Below, piece after piece: positions 40,010 to 49,539 of a DNA stretch of 64,000 bases. Within the stretch, counting starts at the first letter, position 1. Every line of letters begins with the position of its first letter. The translations under genes were made by a program, and so were the position numbers. Origin of the DNA: Alphaproteobacteria bacterium. GTDB lineage: Bacteria; Pseudomonadota; Alphaproteobacteria; RF32; CAG-239. The notes beneath the pieces were generated by a model that was not told the origin of the DNA, searched no databases, and saw only the letters and a program-made list of their open reading frames with translations. The stretch lies in contig JAFTWG010000001.1 in the NCBI GenBank assembly GCA_017465405.1, positions 9,044-73,043 of the forward strand. Direction: 5' to 3'.

Positions 40010-41281
40010 ATGAATTCCTTTAGCCGACATACTTTAATTGCTGCTTTAGATATAGGCTCATCTAAAGTATGTTGCGTTATTGCTCGTGTAAACGGAAGAG
40101 ATAAAAAAATATCTATTGCCGGATACGGATATAATGCGGCAAAAGGAATTCAAAACGGTGTAATTACAAATTTCAACCAAGCAACCTACTCTATTTGTGA
40201 TGCTCTTGAAGCTGCCGAACAAATGGCAAATGAACGTGTTGAACGTGTTATCGTCAATATATCGAGCAGCAAAACCAAAAGTGTCATAAAAAGAGCGTCG
40301 ATTCCGCTTAATAAAACCAAACCGGTTACCGAAATCGAAGCCAAAAAAGCCAAAGATAAGGCAACTTATAAACTAAACATTGAAGATAACGAACTTATCC
40401 ATTGTTTAACGACCGGTTATCGTCTCGATTTTGGCGAAGAAATTAGCGATCCTCGTAATATGTACGGTGAAAATCTGTCTGCGGATGTTTTACTCGGTAT
40501 GGTACCGGCAATCACATATCGTAATACTCAAACTGTTCTCAACAATGCACATTTAGAAATTGCGGGAAAAGTTTTGTCTCCATACGCTTCCGGACTTGCT
40601 TGTCTTGTTGACGATGAAAAAGAATTGGGAGCGACTATTATTGATATAGGTGGTGGCACAACAAGTATCGCTACATTTATGCACGGACACCCGATATATT
40701 TTAGTTCCATCGGTGTCGGCGGCGATAATGTAACAAAAGATATTGCCTGGGGTCTGACCACGTCTTTTGCTCATGCTGAACGCCTAAAAACCTTACATGG
40801 TTGTGCTTTTCTAAATTCTCAAGACGCAAATGAAACAATCAATGTATATCCGGTCGGCGAAGAAGATGACAGTCTTATCAAATATATACCAAAATCAAAT
40901 TTGATTGAAATTATCGCACCTCGTGTTGAAGAAATTTTTGAACTTGTAAATCAAAAACTTGATGAAGCCGGATTAAAAGAAGTTAATTCACATCGTATCG
41001 TATTAACCGGAGGCGGCAGTCAATTATTAGGCATAAGAGAAGTTGCCTCGCTTATTCTTGACAAACAGGTTCGTTTAGGACGCCCGAGAAATATTGGAAA
41101 TGTTCTTGACATATCTGAATTTGAAGTTTTGCAATATCCGTCATTTTCAACAGTTATCGGGTTGCTTTTATTTGTATTAAACCACCCCGAAATTAAGCCG
41201 ACTAAAGTTATTTCAAAACCTATCAATACGGACGGAAACCGTTTCAGTAAAATTCTTAGTTGGCTAAAGAATAATTTTTAA
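40010..41281 (+). CDS. ftsA: cell division protein FtsA
   Basis: LDIGSSK, IDIGGGTT, AERLK, VLTGGG motifs. Confidence 0.96.
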   Translation: MNSFSRHTLIAALDIGSSKVCCVIARVNGRDKKISIAGYGYNAAKGIQNGVITNFNQATYSICDALEAAEQMANERVERVIVNISSSKTKSVIKRASIPLNKTKPVTEIEAKKAKDKATYKLNIEDNELIHCLTTGYRLDFGEEISDPRNMYGENLSADVLLGMVPAITYRNTQTVLNNAHLEIAGKVLSPYASGLACLVDDEKELGATIIDIGGGTTSIATFMHGHPIYFSSIGVGGDNVTKDIAWGLTTSFAHAERLKTLHGCAFLNSQDANETINVYPVGEEDDSLIKYIPKSNLIEIIAPRVEEIFELVNQKLDEAGLKEVNSHRIVLTGGGSQLLGIREVASLILDKQVRLGRPRNIGNVLDISEFEVLQYPSFSTVIGLLLFVLNHPEIKPTKVISKPINTDGNRFSKILSWLKNNF

Positions 41282-41362
41282 TTTTAGTAACTAAACTTTA
41301 ATTACTTTTTCGTAGTATGAGAACAAATATTTTTTGACCATTTAAACTTGGGAGTTAAACTT

Positions 41363-43060
41363 ATGCCCGTAAAATTAGCAGTACCAGAAACTAATATGAT
41401 AACCTTAAAACCTCGCATTTCGGTTGTAGGTGTCGGCGGTGGCGGCGGAAATGCCGTAAACAATATGATTACAAAAACCTTGGAAGGTGTTGACTTTATT
41501 GTTGCCAATACCGATGCTCAAGCATTAGCTAACTCAAAATGCACACGCAGAATCCAACTGGGCGTTGAAACCACTCGTGGTTTGGGTGCAGGTGCATGTC
41601 CCGAAGTAGGAAAAGCAGCAGCAGAAGAAGCAAGAGCAGAAATAGAAAAAGAGCTTGAAGGTGCAAATATGGTATTTATCACTGCCGGAATGGGTGGTGG
41701 TACCGGTTCCGGTGCAGCTCCGGTTATTGCTAAAATTGCAAAAGAAAAAGGCATTTTAACGATTGGTGTAATTACAAAACCATTTCAATTTGAAGGCAAG
41801 AAAAGAGCTCAAATTGCTGAAAAAGCAGTTGAGGAATTTATTTCTTCCGTTGACAGTATTATAATTATCCCGAACCAAAATCTTTTCCGCATTGCCGATA
41901 AAAATACTACTTTGGCAGATGCTTTTGTTATGGCCGATAATGTATTATATTCGGGTGTCCGCTCAATTACCGACCTTATGACTATGCCGGGACTTATCAA
42001 TTTGGACTTTGCCGATGTTAAAAATATTATGTCCGACAAAGGTAAATCAATCATGGGAACCGGTGAAGCAGAAGGTGACAACAGAGCGATTAAAGCAGCA
42101 GAAGAAGCCCTTTCAAATCCGTTATTGGATTATAACAATATGAGCGGTGCAAAGGGTGTATTAATCAATATTACCGGAGGTCCGGATATTACCTTATTTG
42201 AAGTTGATGAAGCCGCAAACCGTATCAAAGAAGAAGTTGACGAAGAAGCAAACATTATCTTCGGTTCAAGCTTTGACGAAACCTTAACCGGAAAAATAAG
42301 AGTTTCTATCGTTGCTACCGGAATTGGAGAAGCTAAAAATGTTCAAAACAAACCTGCTCCGATTACTAATTATTTAGAAGAAAGTTACAATAGCGGTAGC
42401 TCAATTCCTAATATTCCCAGCGATGAAATCGATTCTAATTTAGCAAAATTTGCCGCAACCATTGTTCCGGAAAGCATAGAAGAAGAATCTAAAGAAGTTG
42501 TTGAAGAACAAGAAGAAGTTTCTCCGATTGAAGATATAATTCCGGAAGAAGAAATTAAGGTAGCAAATGAACCTATCGCAATTATTGATGATTTGCTTAA
42601 TGAACAAGAAGATGATAATGAAAATGCAAATTCTTCCGTAATGAGTGACATGCCTCAAGCCTCTTCATTGTTTAATGCTGTAATGAACAGAACAGAACGC
42701 AATGATATCGATGCTCAACTTGAAAGCGCTTTATCAGCACAAGGTAATATTTTCAGTTCTTCCAATGCTCCTCGTATAGTTGATGAAGAAGAACCGGAAT
42801 TGTTTGCCAACACTCCGCAAATTTTCGCAACTCCGTCAAGACAAGAAAGAAATGAAGAGTTGATTGTTCCTGAAGATAAAGAATATAAACCTACATTTCT
42901 TGACAGAGTAACCGGTCGCTCTATTTTGTTAAATCGTAATAAGAAAAAGGCAGAAAGAGAACAACAACATTATCAAGAACCTGTAACTCCAAGCCTTGCA
43001 TCCGGTGATGATTATGCTGAAAACGATTTGAGCATACCATCATTCTTACGCAGAAAATAA
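41363..43060 (+). CDS. ftsZ: cell division protein FtsZ with long acidic linker
   Basis: [20 protein letters not shown] tubulin signature, INLDFAD, C-terminal [10 protein letters not shown]. Confidence 0.97.
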   Translation: MPVKLAVPETNMITLKPRISVVGVGGGGGNAVNNMITKTLEGVDFIVANTDAQALANSKCTRRIQLGVETTRGLGAGACPEVGKAAAEEARAEIEKELEGANMVFITAGMGGGTGSGAAPVIAKIAKEKGILTIGVITKPFQFEGKKRAQIAEKAVEEFISSVDSIIIIPNQNLFRIADKNTTLADAFVMADNVLYSGVRSITDLMTMPGLINLDFADVKNIMSDKGKSIMGTGEAEGDNRAIKAAEEALSNPLLDYNNMSGAKGVLINITGGPDITLFEVDEAANRIKEEVDEEANIIFGSSFDETLTGKIRVSIVATGIGEAKNVQNKPAPITNYLEESYNSGSSIPNIPSDEIDSNLAKFAATIVPESIEEESKEVVEEQEEVSPIEDIIPEEEIKVANEPIAIIDDLLNEQEDDNENANSSVMSDMPQASSLFNAVMNRTERNDIDAQLESALSAQGNIFSSSNAPRIVDEEEPELFANTPQIFATPSRQERNEELIVPEDKEYKPTFLDRVTGRSILLNRNKKKAEREQQHYQEPVTPSLASGDDYAENDLSIPSFLRRK

Positions 43061-43074
43061 CTTAATCTAAAAAC

Positions 43075-43106
43075 AAAAAAGGGAAGCCATTTAGCTTCCC
43101 TTTTTT
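43075..43106. terminator. bidirectional terminator between ftsZ and trmB
   Basis: A6-GGGAAGC-loop-GCTTCCC-T6. Confidence 0.88.
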
Positions 43107-43114
43107 ACTTTAAA

Positions 43115-43828
43115 TTACTTTCTTACAAAATCAAGAAAAACCGGCTTTCTTCCTTCTCTTATAGCTTTGCGTTGATATTTGGTTTGCACCCAGTCTTGCG
43201 GTTCATGTTTCCAATCATTGCCGCAAGTTGCGGTCCATTCAAAATCAGGACATTCGTGCATTTTGCGCAAAGTCCAAGACTTATATATTTTATGATCGGT
43301 AGCAACACGCAAAACTCCACCCGGTTTAATTATACGAGCCAATACTTTCAAATTGTCCGGATTTATAAAACGACGAGGTGCATGACGTTTTTTAGGCCAA
43401 GGATCAGGAAAAAGTAAAAATACTCTATCCAAACTGTTGTCCGGTATCAACGGAAACAACAAACGAATATCATCATCCCAAACTCGAACATTATCACTTC
43501 TGTTCGGCAACAAATTTATTTCACCATCTATTTCATCATTTTGTTTAATTCCGGTCATCAAACTCAACAAGTTCGCTATACCGTTTTTGAAAACCTCTGC
43601 TCCGATATAAGCATTCTTTGTATTATTCGCAGAATGTCCTGCCAAATGGTCACCATCTCCGAACCCTATTTCAAGACATATATTTTCAGGAGCAAACGGA
43701 AAGTCTAAAGGATTTTGCGGATTTATTTTAATTTTGGGCAAAAAACTATCCATCAACGCACTTTTTGCCTTGCGAAGTCTTCTTCCTTGTCTGCGTCCGT
43801 AAAAATGAGGTTTATCTTCTGTAAACAT
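43115..43828 (-). CDS. trmB: tRNA (guanine-N7)-methyltransferase
   Basis: LEIGFG.G, FPDPWPKKRH, ATDH, TKY..KA motifs. Confidence 0.94.
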   Translation of the reverse strand: MFTEDKPHFYGRRQGRRLRKAKSALMDSFLPKIKINPQNPLDFPFAPENICLEIGFGDGDHLAGHSANNTKNAYIGAEVFKNGIANLLSLMTGIKQNDEIDGEINLLPNRSDNVRVWDDDIRLLFPLIPDNSLDRVFLLFPDPWPKKRHAPRRFINPDNLKVLARIIKPGGVLRVATDHKIYKSWTLRKMHECPDFEWTATCGNDWKHEPQDWVQTKYQRKAIREGRKPVFLDFVRK

Positions 43829-43871
43829 TTTATAGTTTCCTTATTATTCATATATTTATTTCGGCATAATA

Positions 43872-43899
43872 AAAGCTGGTAATAAAAATTACCAGCTTT
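43872..43899 (-). terminator. hairpin/terminator after the HTH gene
   Basis: AAAGCTGGTAAT-aaaa-ATTACCAGCTTT. Confidence 0.6.
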
Positions 43900-43922
43900 A
43901 TTTTATTATTGTGGCAAAAAAG

Positions 43923-44420
43923 TTATTCTTCGTCGTTTTTAACAGAAGAAGCTGATTTTGACATTGCAATAATTAAATCATACAAAATTTTTGCAGCCTT
44001 TCGATTAGGAATTTTATAATATGCCTTTACCAATTCCAAAGTTTCTTGTCTTTTCATCGGATCAACATCTATATCATCAGAACTTTCTTCCAAGAACAAA
44101 GTATCTTTATCCGTAACACTGAAAACACGAGGGGATTGTGAAGCCACATCTTTTCCCATATCTTCAAAAAAGAAATTAATCGGAACATTTAATACATTAC
44201 CGATATCCCATAAACGACTGGCACCGACACGATTGCTCCCTCTTTCATATTTTTGCACCTGTTGAAATGTTAAACCCAACATTGCTGCTAATTTTTCTTG
44301 GCTCCAACCTAAAATGGTACGACGTAAACGAATACGATTTCCTACGTGTATATCAATAGGATTAGGTTGTCCGTTAGGGGTGCGACCTCGACTTGCTTTT
44401 TTAGACTTTTGTAATGCCAT
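43923..44420 (-). CDS. XRE-family HTH transcriptional regulator (conserved alphaproteobacterial gene next to lnt)
   Basis: PIDIHVG.RIR.RR, LGLTFQQVQKYERG.NRVGASRL. Confidence 0.92.
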   Translation of the reverse strand: MALQKSKKASRGRTPNGQPNPIDIHVGNRIRLRRTILGWSQEKLAAMLGLTFQQVQKYERGSNRVGASRLWDIGNVLNVPINFFFEDMGKDVASQSPRVFSVTDKDTLFLEESSDDIDVDPMKRQETLELVKAYYKIPNRKAAKILYDLIIAMSKSASSVKNDEE

Positions 44421-44540
44421 TTTATGTCTCCAATATTTTTATTTACATATAATAATTGCTATTATTAGTAGCATTTGTCAATATATTTTTGAATAACATT
44501 TTATATAAAAAATTAGAAATAAAACATATATTACAACATA

Positions 44541-46070
44541 TTACCGTAACATTTTGGGGACAAAAACCGCAAATACAACTAATAGTAATGATAAGATAAA
44601 GAAATATAAATTGTTATGTTTTGAATATGGAGTTATTATCTCCAACTCTTCAGGCAAAAACGCATCTAAATTACCTCGTTTGTGCAAACCTATCTGATTT
44701 AATATTTTTCCGCTGCGAGATATAATTGCCGATACTCCCGAGTTTGCGGCTCTGACTATTGTTATTCCTTCTTCTACGGCACGCAATTGAGCCGATACCA
44801 AATGTTGATACGGACCGGAGCTTTTCCCGTACCATCCGTCATTTGTCAAATTTATCAGCCATTGCGGACGATTATTTTTATCAACTACTTCCGAAGGAAA
44901 AATTATTTCATAACATATCAATAAACCGAAAGGCGGTAATTTGTCGGTTGAAAAAGTTTGTACTCCGCTCCCTTTCTTAAAATCGCTTATGAATCCGGTT
45001 ATCGGGCGCAAACTTTCAGGTAAATAACGACGAAACGGAATATATTCTCCAAACGGAACAAGATGTGATTTTGCATAATTTGCAATAAGACCTTTTCCGT
45101 GTTGAAAAACCAATCCGGCATTTACAGGTTGCCAATCATCACCAACCGGAAAATAATCAATACTTCCGGTAATCAAAAAACCGTCATCAGGGATTGCCGG
45201 CAATACCTGATACATTCTTGAGCTGTTTAGCGCAAGCGGAAATGTGCTTGCTGTTTCTCCCCATATAACGACATCAGCAGTTTCAAAACCATTTGCTTGC
45301 GATAATTCTATATAATCTGCAAAATTTTGCTCTAAATCTTCTTTATTCCATTTCAAATTTTGCGGAATACTCGGTTGAACGATTCTTATGCTTATATCCG
45401 ATTTGTTGTCATTATCTATTTTTGCCGTTCTATAAAAACCAAAAATGAACATAGTCAAAATTATCAATAATGATAATCCGGTTCCAATAAAGGCATTTTT
45501 TTTATACGGAATAAATAGCATTGTACTCGGAAACATTGCTATCATAATTAAAAATATCGAAAGTCCATAGGTTCCGAATATACTGGCAAATTGTAGCCAT
45601 AAATGGTTAAAAGCAAATGCCGACCCCAACAAATTCCATGGAAAACCGGTTAAAAGAAAACTTCTTATCCATTCAAAAAATGCAACACTGACTGCAAAAA
45701 TTATTATTTTTGAATAAACATTTTTGAAATAGTGTGAAATTAATGCCGGTCCCCCAAAAAAGAGACCAAAAAAGGCACCACTTGCCCCTAATGCTATGGG
45801 AATTAGCCAACCAAAACTAACTATATCCAAAGCTAACGCATTTGCCAGCCAAGACAAGCCTACCGAAAAAAATCCGAAACCGAAGCAATATCCGAAAATG
45901 AAAGATTGTTTATAAGATATTGTATTTTGCAAAAAAAAGTTCAACAAACCGAAAGTAAAAAAAAGTGCCCAAATATGATAATACGGAGGAAGCGCGAAAG
46001 TACTTATACCACCTGCCAAAAACAGAAGTATTTTCGGATAAGAGGTAATTTTTTTTAACGTTTGTATCAT
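44541..46070 (-). CDS. lnt: apolipoprotein N-acyltransferase
   Basis: TGFPW, WGETA, K.HLVPFGEY.P, ICYE, TNDGWYG, RAVEEG motifs. Confidence 0.95.
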   Translation of the reverse strand: MIQTLKKITSYPKILLFLAGGISTFALPPYYHIWALFFTFGLLNFFLQNTISYKQSFIFGYCFGFGFFSVGLSWLANALALDIVSFGWLIPIALGASGAFFGLFFGGPALISHYFKNVYSKIIIFAVSVAFFEWIRSFLLTGFPWNLLGSAFAFNHLWLQFASIFGTYGLSIFLIMIAMFPSTMLFIPYKKNAFIGTGLSLLIILTMFIFGFYRTAKIDNDNKSDISIRIVQPSIPQNLKWNKEDLEQNFADYIELSQANGFETADVVIWGETASTFPLALNSSRMYQVLPAIPDDGFLITGSIDYFPVGDDWQPVNAGLVFQHGKGLIANYAKSHLVPFGEYIPFRRYLPESLRPITGFISDFKKGSGVQTFSTDKLPPFGLLICYEIIFPSEVVDKNNRPQWLINLTNDGWYGKSSGPYQHLVSAQLRAVEEGITIVRAANSGVSAIISRSGKILNQIGLHKRGNLDAFLPEELEIITPYSKHNNLYFFILSLLLVVFAVFVPKMLR

Positions 46071-46077
46071 TTATTCC

Positions 46078-46590
46078 TTATTCGTTGTCTTCATAAGGGT
46101 TATTAATATTTAGCTTTTGCAACAAATTAACTTCTTCACTTTCCATTTCTTTTGCTTCTTCATCTTCAATATGGTCATATCCCAAAAGATGCAAAAAACC
46201 ATGAATCAAAATATGGCAATAATGGTCACGCAAACTGATTTCTTGCTCTACGCTTTGCTCAATCATTGTTTGTAAAGCAATAATTATATCTCCGAGTTCT
46301 ATCTCTTTATTACGTTTTAAATAAGCTTCAAACTCTTCATCGTCGATATTTGCAAAAGAAAGAACGTTTGTCGGTTTATCAAGTTGCCTAAACTCAAAAT
46401 TAAGTTGGCGTATCTCTTCATCACAACTCAAGGCTAAATTCGCAACAACTTCTTGCTTATTTTCCAACCATTCAGGCTTTAATTCATTAATTACTGTCGC
46501 AAAAATATCTTCCGAAAGTTTTTCAACTTCAGGTAATTTTTCTAACCAAATATCATCAACAATATCAATATTAATCTTGGTCTTTATCAT
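46078..46590 (-). CDS. ybeY: rRNA maturation endoribonuclease YbeY
   Basis: DKPTNVLSF, LGDI, HGFLHLLGYDH; start taken at MIKTK. Confidence 0.93.
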   Translation of the reverse strand: MIKTKINIDIVDDIWLEKLPEVEKLSEDIFATVINELKPEWLENKQEVVANLALSCDEEIRQLNFEFRQLDKPTNVLSFANIDDEEFEAYLKRNKEIELGDIIIALQTMIEQSVEQEISLRDHYCHILIHGFLHLLGYDHIEDEEAKEMESEEVNLLQKLNINNPYEDNE

Positions 46591-47542
46591 GCTCTTCCTT
46601 ATTGCGATTTTCATAAGCGCACACAATTTTTGCAACCAATCCGTGTCGAACCACATCTTCGGCACTAAATGTTACGGAACTTATGCCTTTTATGTTTTTT
46701 AATGTTCCCAAAGCATCACGCAAGCCGGAAACTACACCTCTCGGCAAGTCAACCTGACTTAAGTCACCATTAACAACCATACGAGAATTTTCACCCAAAC
46801 GAGTTAAAAACATCTTCATTTGCATTGGTGTCGTATTTTGAGCTTCATCCAAAATCACAAAAGCATTAGACAAGGTACGCCCTCTCATAAAAGCAAGAGG
46901 TGCAATTTCGATTTCCCCTGCCGCTAATTTTTTATCTACTTGTTCAGCAGGCAACATTTCGTAAAGTGCATCATATAACGGGCGTAAATACGGATCAACT
47001 TTATCTTTTAAATCTCCGGGTAAGAAACCCAAATTTTCGCCGGCTTCAACCGCAGGTCTGGAAAGAATAATTTTATCAATAGTTCCTTCCAACATCATTG
47101 TAACGGCCAAAGCAACCGCCAAATATGTTTTACCGGTACCGGCAGGGCCTAAACCGAACACCAGTTCATTATCCATCATTTCCAAAATATATTTTGCTTG
47201 AGTTTGAGAACGAGGATAAATATGTCTTTTTTTGGTTTTTAACACAATATCATTAAGGTCAATTTGCTTGTTATTACCGATATCTGCTCCGCTCAAACGA
47301 ATAGCGGCTTTAACTTCCTGCTCTCCGATTTCAATACCACGGCTGACTTTTGAATATAAGGAATCAATAGCCTCTTTAGCCATTTTACAATTTTCGTCAC
47401 TTCCTTTTATATTAATATGATTTCCGAAAGTTCCAATTTCGACATTCAATGTTTCTTCAATTACCTTAAGGTTGCTGTCATTAGGACCAACCATTTGTTG
47501 AAGTAATTGATTGTTAAAAAGTTCAAATTCGATTTCTGCCAT
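46571..47542 (-). CDS. phoH: PhoH-family ATPase (YbeZ)
   Basis: GPAGTGKT, RPAVEAGE.LGFLPG, MRGRT, LDEAQN motifs. Confidence 0.93.
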   Translation of the reverse strand: MAEIEFELFNNQLLQQMVGPNDSNLKVIEETLNVEIGTFGNHINIKGSDENCKMAKEAIDSLYSKVSRGIEIGEQEVKAAIRLSGADIGNNKQIDLNDIVLKTKKRHIYPRSQTQAKYILEMMDNELVFGLGPAGTGKTYLAVALAVTMMLEGTIDKIILSRPAVEAGENLGFLPGDLKDKVDPYLRPLYDALYEMLPAEQVDKKLAAGEIEIAPLAFMRGRTLSNAFVILDEAQNTTPMQMKMFLTRLGENSRMVVNGDLSQVDLPRGVVSGLRDALGTLKNIKGISSVTFSAEDVVRHGLVAKIVCAYENRNKEEHDKDQD

Positions 47543-47560
47543 AATATTTGCCCTTACTGT

Positions 47561-48886
47561 TTATTTTATAATTCCGCTCAAAGAGTTCATTCCGCCTTTA
47601 ATAATTTCAACCTGTCTGATTTGGTTGATATTATCGTCGCCTCCTTTAACAACTACCGTTTGCATATAAGGAGAACGTCCGAAAATTTCCCCGTTTTTGC
47701 GTCCTTTACTTTCGAATAATACAGGCACTATTTTACCGACACAATCTTTATTAAATCTTAATTGCTGCGAAAATAATTGATCCTGTAAAATTTCCAATCT
47801 TTCTTTTTTTATCTTTTCATCAACCTGATTAGGATATATTGCTGCCGGTGTTCCTGCACGTCGGCTGTATTTAAATGAAAATGCTTGAATATAATTTACT
47901 TTTTTCACCATATCCATAGTTGCTTGAAAATCTTCATCGGTTTCTCCGGGAAAACCGACAATAAAATCTGATGATAAACCTATATCGGGATTAGCCTCTT
48001 TTAACTTTTCAATAACTTCAAGATATTGGCCGCTGGTATGACGGCGATTCATTGCCTTCAAAATTTTATCAGACCCCGACTGCAAAGGCAAATGCAAATA
48101 AGGCATAAGTTTTTTTAAGTTCCTGTGACAATCTATCAATTCATCCGTAACATCAGCCGGATATGACGTTGTATAACGCAAACGTTGCAAACCTTCGATT
48201 TCGGCTAACTTATTCAGTAAATATGCCAAACTACGTTCTTTTCCGGCAGAATCTTCACCATGATAAGAATTTACATTTTGACCTAAAAGATTAATTTCCA
48301 AAGTTCCGGTTTCTACCAATCTTTTTGCCTCATTAATCACATCTTCTATCGGGCGAGATGTTTCAACCCCTCTGGTATAAGGAACAATACAATAGGTACA
48401 AAAATTATTGCACCCTTCTTGAATTGCCAAATAAGAACAACCGCCTTTAGCCTTATTTTGCGGTAAATAGTCAAATTTACTTTCGGCAGGAAAATCCGTA
48501 TCAATAATGCACTCACCCTTTTTACGAGCGATTTTTTGCAAAATTTCCGGTAAGCGATAATATGTAAGCGGACCTGTTGCAAAATCCACATAGGGAGCAC
48601 GTTTTGATATTTGTTCGTCTTCTGCCTGAACCACACAACCGACTACACCTATCGTTGTGTCCAAACCTTTTTCTGCTCGTTCATTTTTGATTATTTCAAT
48701 ACGACCTAAATCCGAAAAAAGTTTTTCGGCAGCCTTTTCTCTGATATGGCAAGTATTAAACAAAATCAAATCAGCATCTTGTATTGTTTCGGCTGCAATG
48801 TATCCCATATTTTCAAGAATATCTGCTATTCTTCCGGAATCATAAACATTCATTTGACAGCCGAATGTTTTTATAAAATATTTCAC
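47561..48886 (-). CDS. miaB: tRNA-2-methylthio-N6-dimethylallyladenosine synthase
   Basis: TFGCQMNVYDS, NTCHIREKA, CNNFCTYC, LLGQNVN; GTG start. Confidence 0.95.
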   Translation of the reverse strand: MKYFIKTFGCQMNVYDSGRIADILENMGYIAAETIQDADLILFNTCHIREKAAEKLFSDLGRIEIIKNERAEKGLDTTIGVVGCVVQAEDEQISKRAPYVDFATGPLTYYRLPEILQKIARKKGECIIDTDFPAESKFDYLPQNKAKGGCSYLAIQEGCNNFCTYCIVPYTRGVETSRPIEDVINEAKRLVETGTLEINLLGQNVNSYHGEDSAGKERSLAYLLNKLAEIEGLQRLRYTTSYPADVTDELIDCHRNLKKLMPYLHLPLQSGSDKILKAMNRRHTSGQYLEVIEKLKEANPDIGLSSDFIVGFPGETDEDFQATMDMVKKVNYIQAFSFKYSRRAGTPAAIYPNQVDEKIKKERLEILQDQLFSQQLRFNKDCVGKIVPVLFESKGRKNGEIFGRSPYMQTVVVKGGDDNINQIRQVEIIKGGMNSLSGIIK

Positions 48887-48978
48887 AGCGGTATAGTTCT
48901 CTCTTAAAATTCAAAAAAATCCCCGTTATTATAGTTTAATTGTGTTTGTTTTCAAGCATTTTTTAGAACGATAAAATG

Positions 48979-48995
48979 TGACAAAAATTTTGTCA
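48979..48995. promoter_or_regulatory. perfect palindrome, candidate operator
   Basis: TGACAAAA-A-TTTTGTCA in the divergent miaB/TerB intergenic region. Confidence 0.4.
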
Positions 48996-49012
48996 TTATT
49001 AACACTTTTTTG

Positions 49013-49041
49013 TTGCCAACTGTTTCGGCGTTTGTTATGAT
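49013..49041 (+). promoter_or_regulatory. sigma70-like promoter
   Basis: TTGCCA-17 nt-TATGAT with TGn extension. Confidence 0.55.
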
Positions 49042-49084
49042 TACATTGAAAATATTTTTATGCGATATCTATAAGGAGAATAAA

Positions 49085-49516
49085 ATGGATAAACAGTTTG
49101 ACGCAATAATGAGCATGGATGATGATGCTAAAGTTGCCTATCTGCAAGCTTTTGCCCGTTTAGCAAGTTCTGACGGAAATTTTGATGATAATGAAAAAGC
49201 ATTTATCAAGGATTTGGCTGAAAATTATGTTTTGCCGAATGACCGATTGGATGAAGTTTTCAATATTGATAACGACGAACAAATTATCGCCAATGTTTCT
49301 CAAATCAAAAATCGTCGTGCCGCACTAGAGTTGATTAAAGAACTTTGTTATTTAGCCCACGCAGATGATGAATTGTCGGATAAAGAAACATTATTTATCG
49401 GCAAAGTAGGTCAAGCTATGAATGTTGAATTAGAAAAAATTGAACAAATCAGTAATTGGGTCATTGATAAAATTATCTTGGCTGAAGAATCCAAAATTAT
49501 TTTTGAAGAGGTTTAA
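49085..49516 (+). CDS. TerB-family protein
   Basis: LA.SDG.FD..E and LAHADD.LS..E repeats; AAGGAG RBS. Confidence 0.8.
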   Translation: MDKQFDAIMSMDDDAKVAYLQAFARLASSDGNFDDNEKAFIKDLAENYVLPNDRLDEVFNIDNDEQIIANVSQIKNRRAALELIKELCYLAHADDELSDKETLFIGKVGQAMNVELEKIEQISNWVIDKIILAEESKIIFEEV

Positions 49517-49539
49517 TTTACTCATATAGGAGAAAGATT

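Noticed and set aside
41278-41305. Possible CtrA box upstream of ftsZ
   Set aside because: Only imperfect TTAA-N7-TTAA matches, expected by chance in AT-rich DNA
42330-43000. Very long acidic extension of FtsZ
   Set aside because: Long linkers with a conserved terminal peptide are normal for alphaproteobacterial FtsZ
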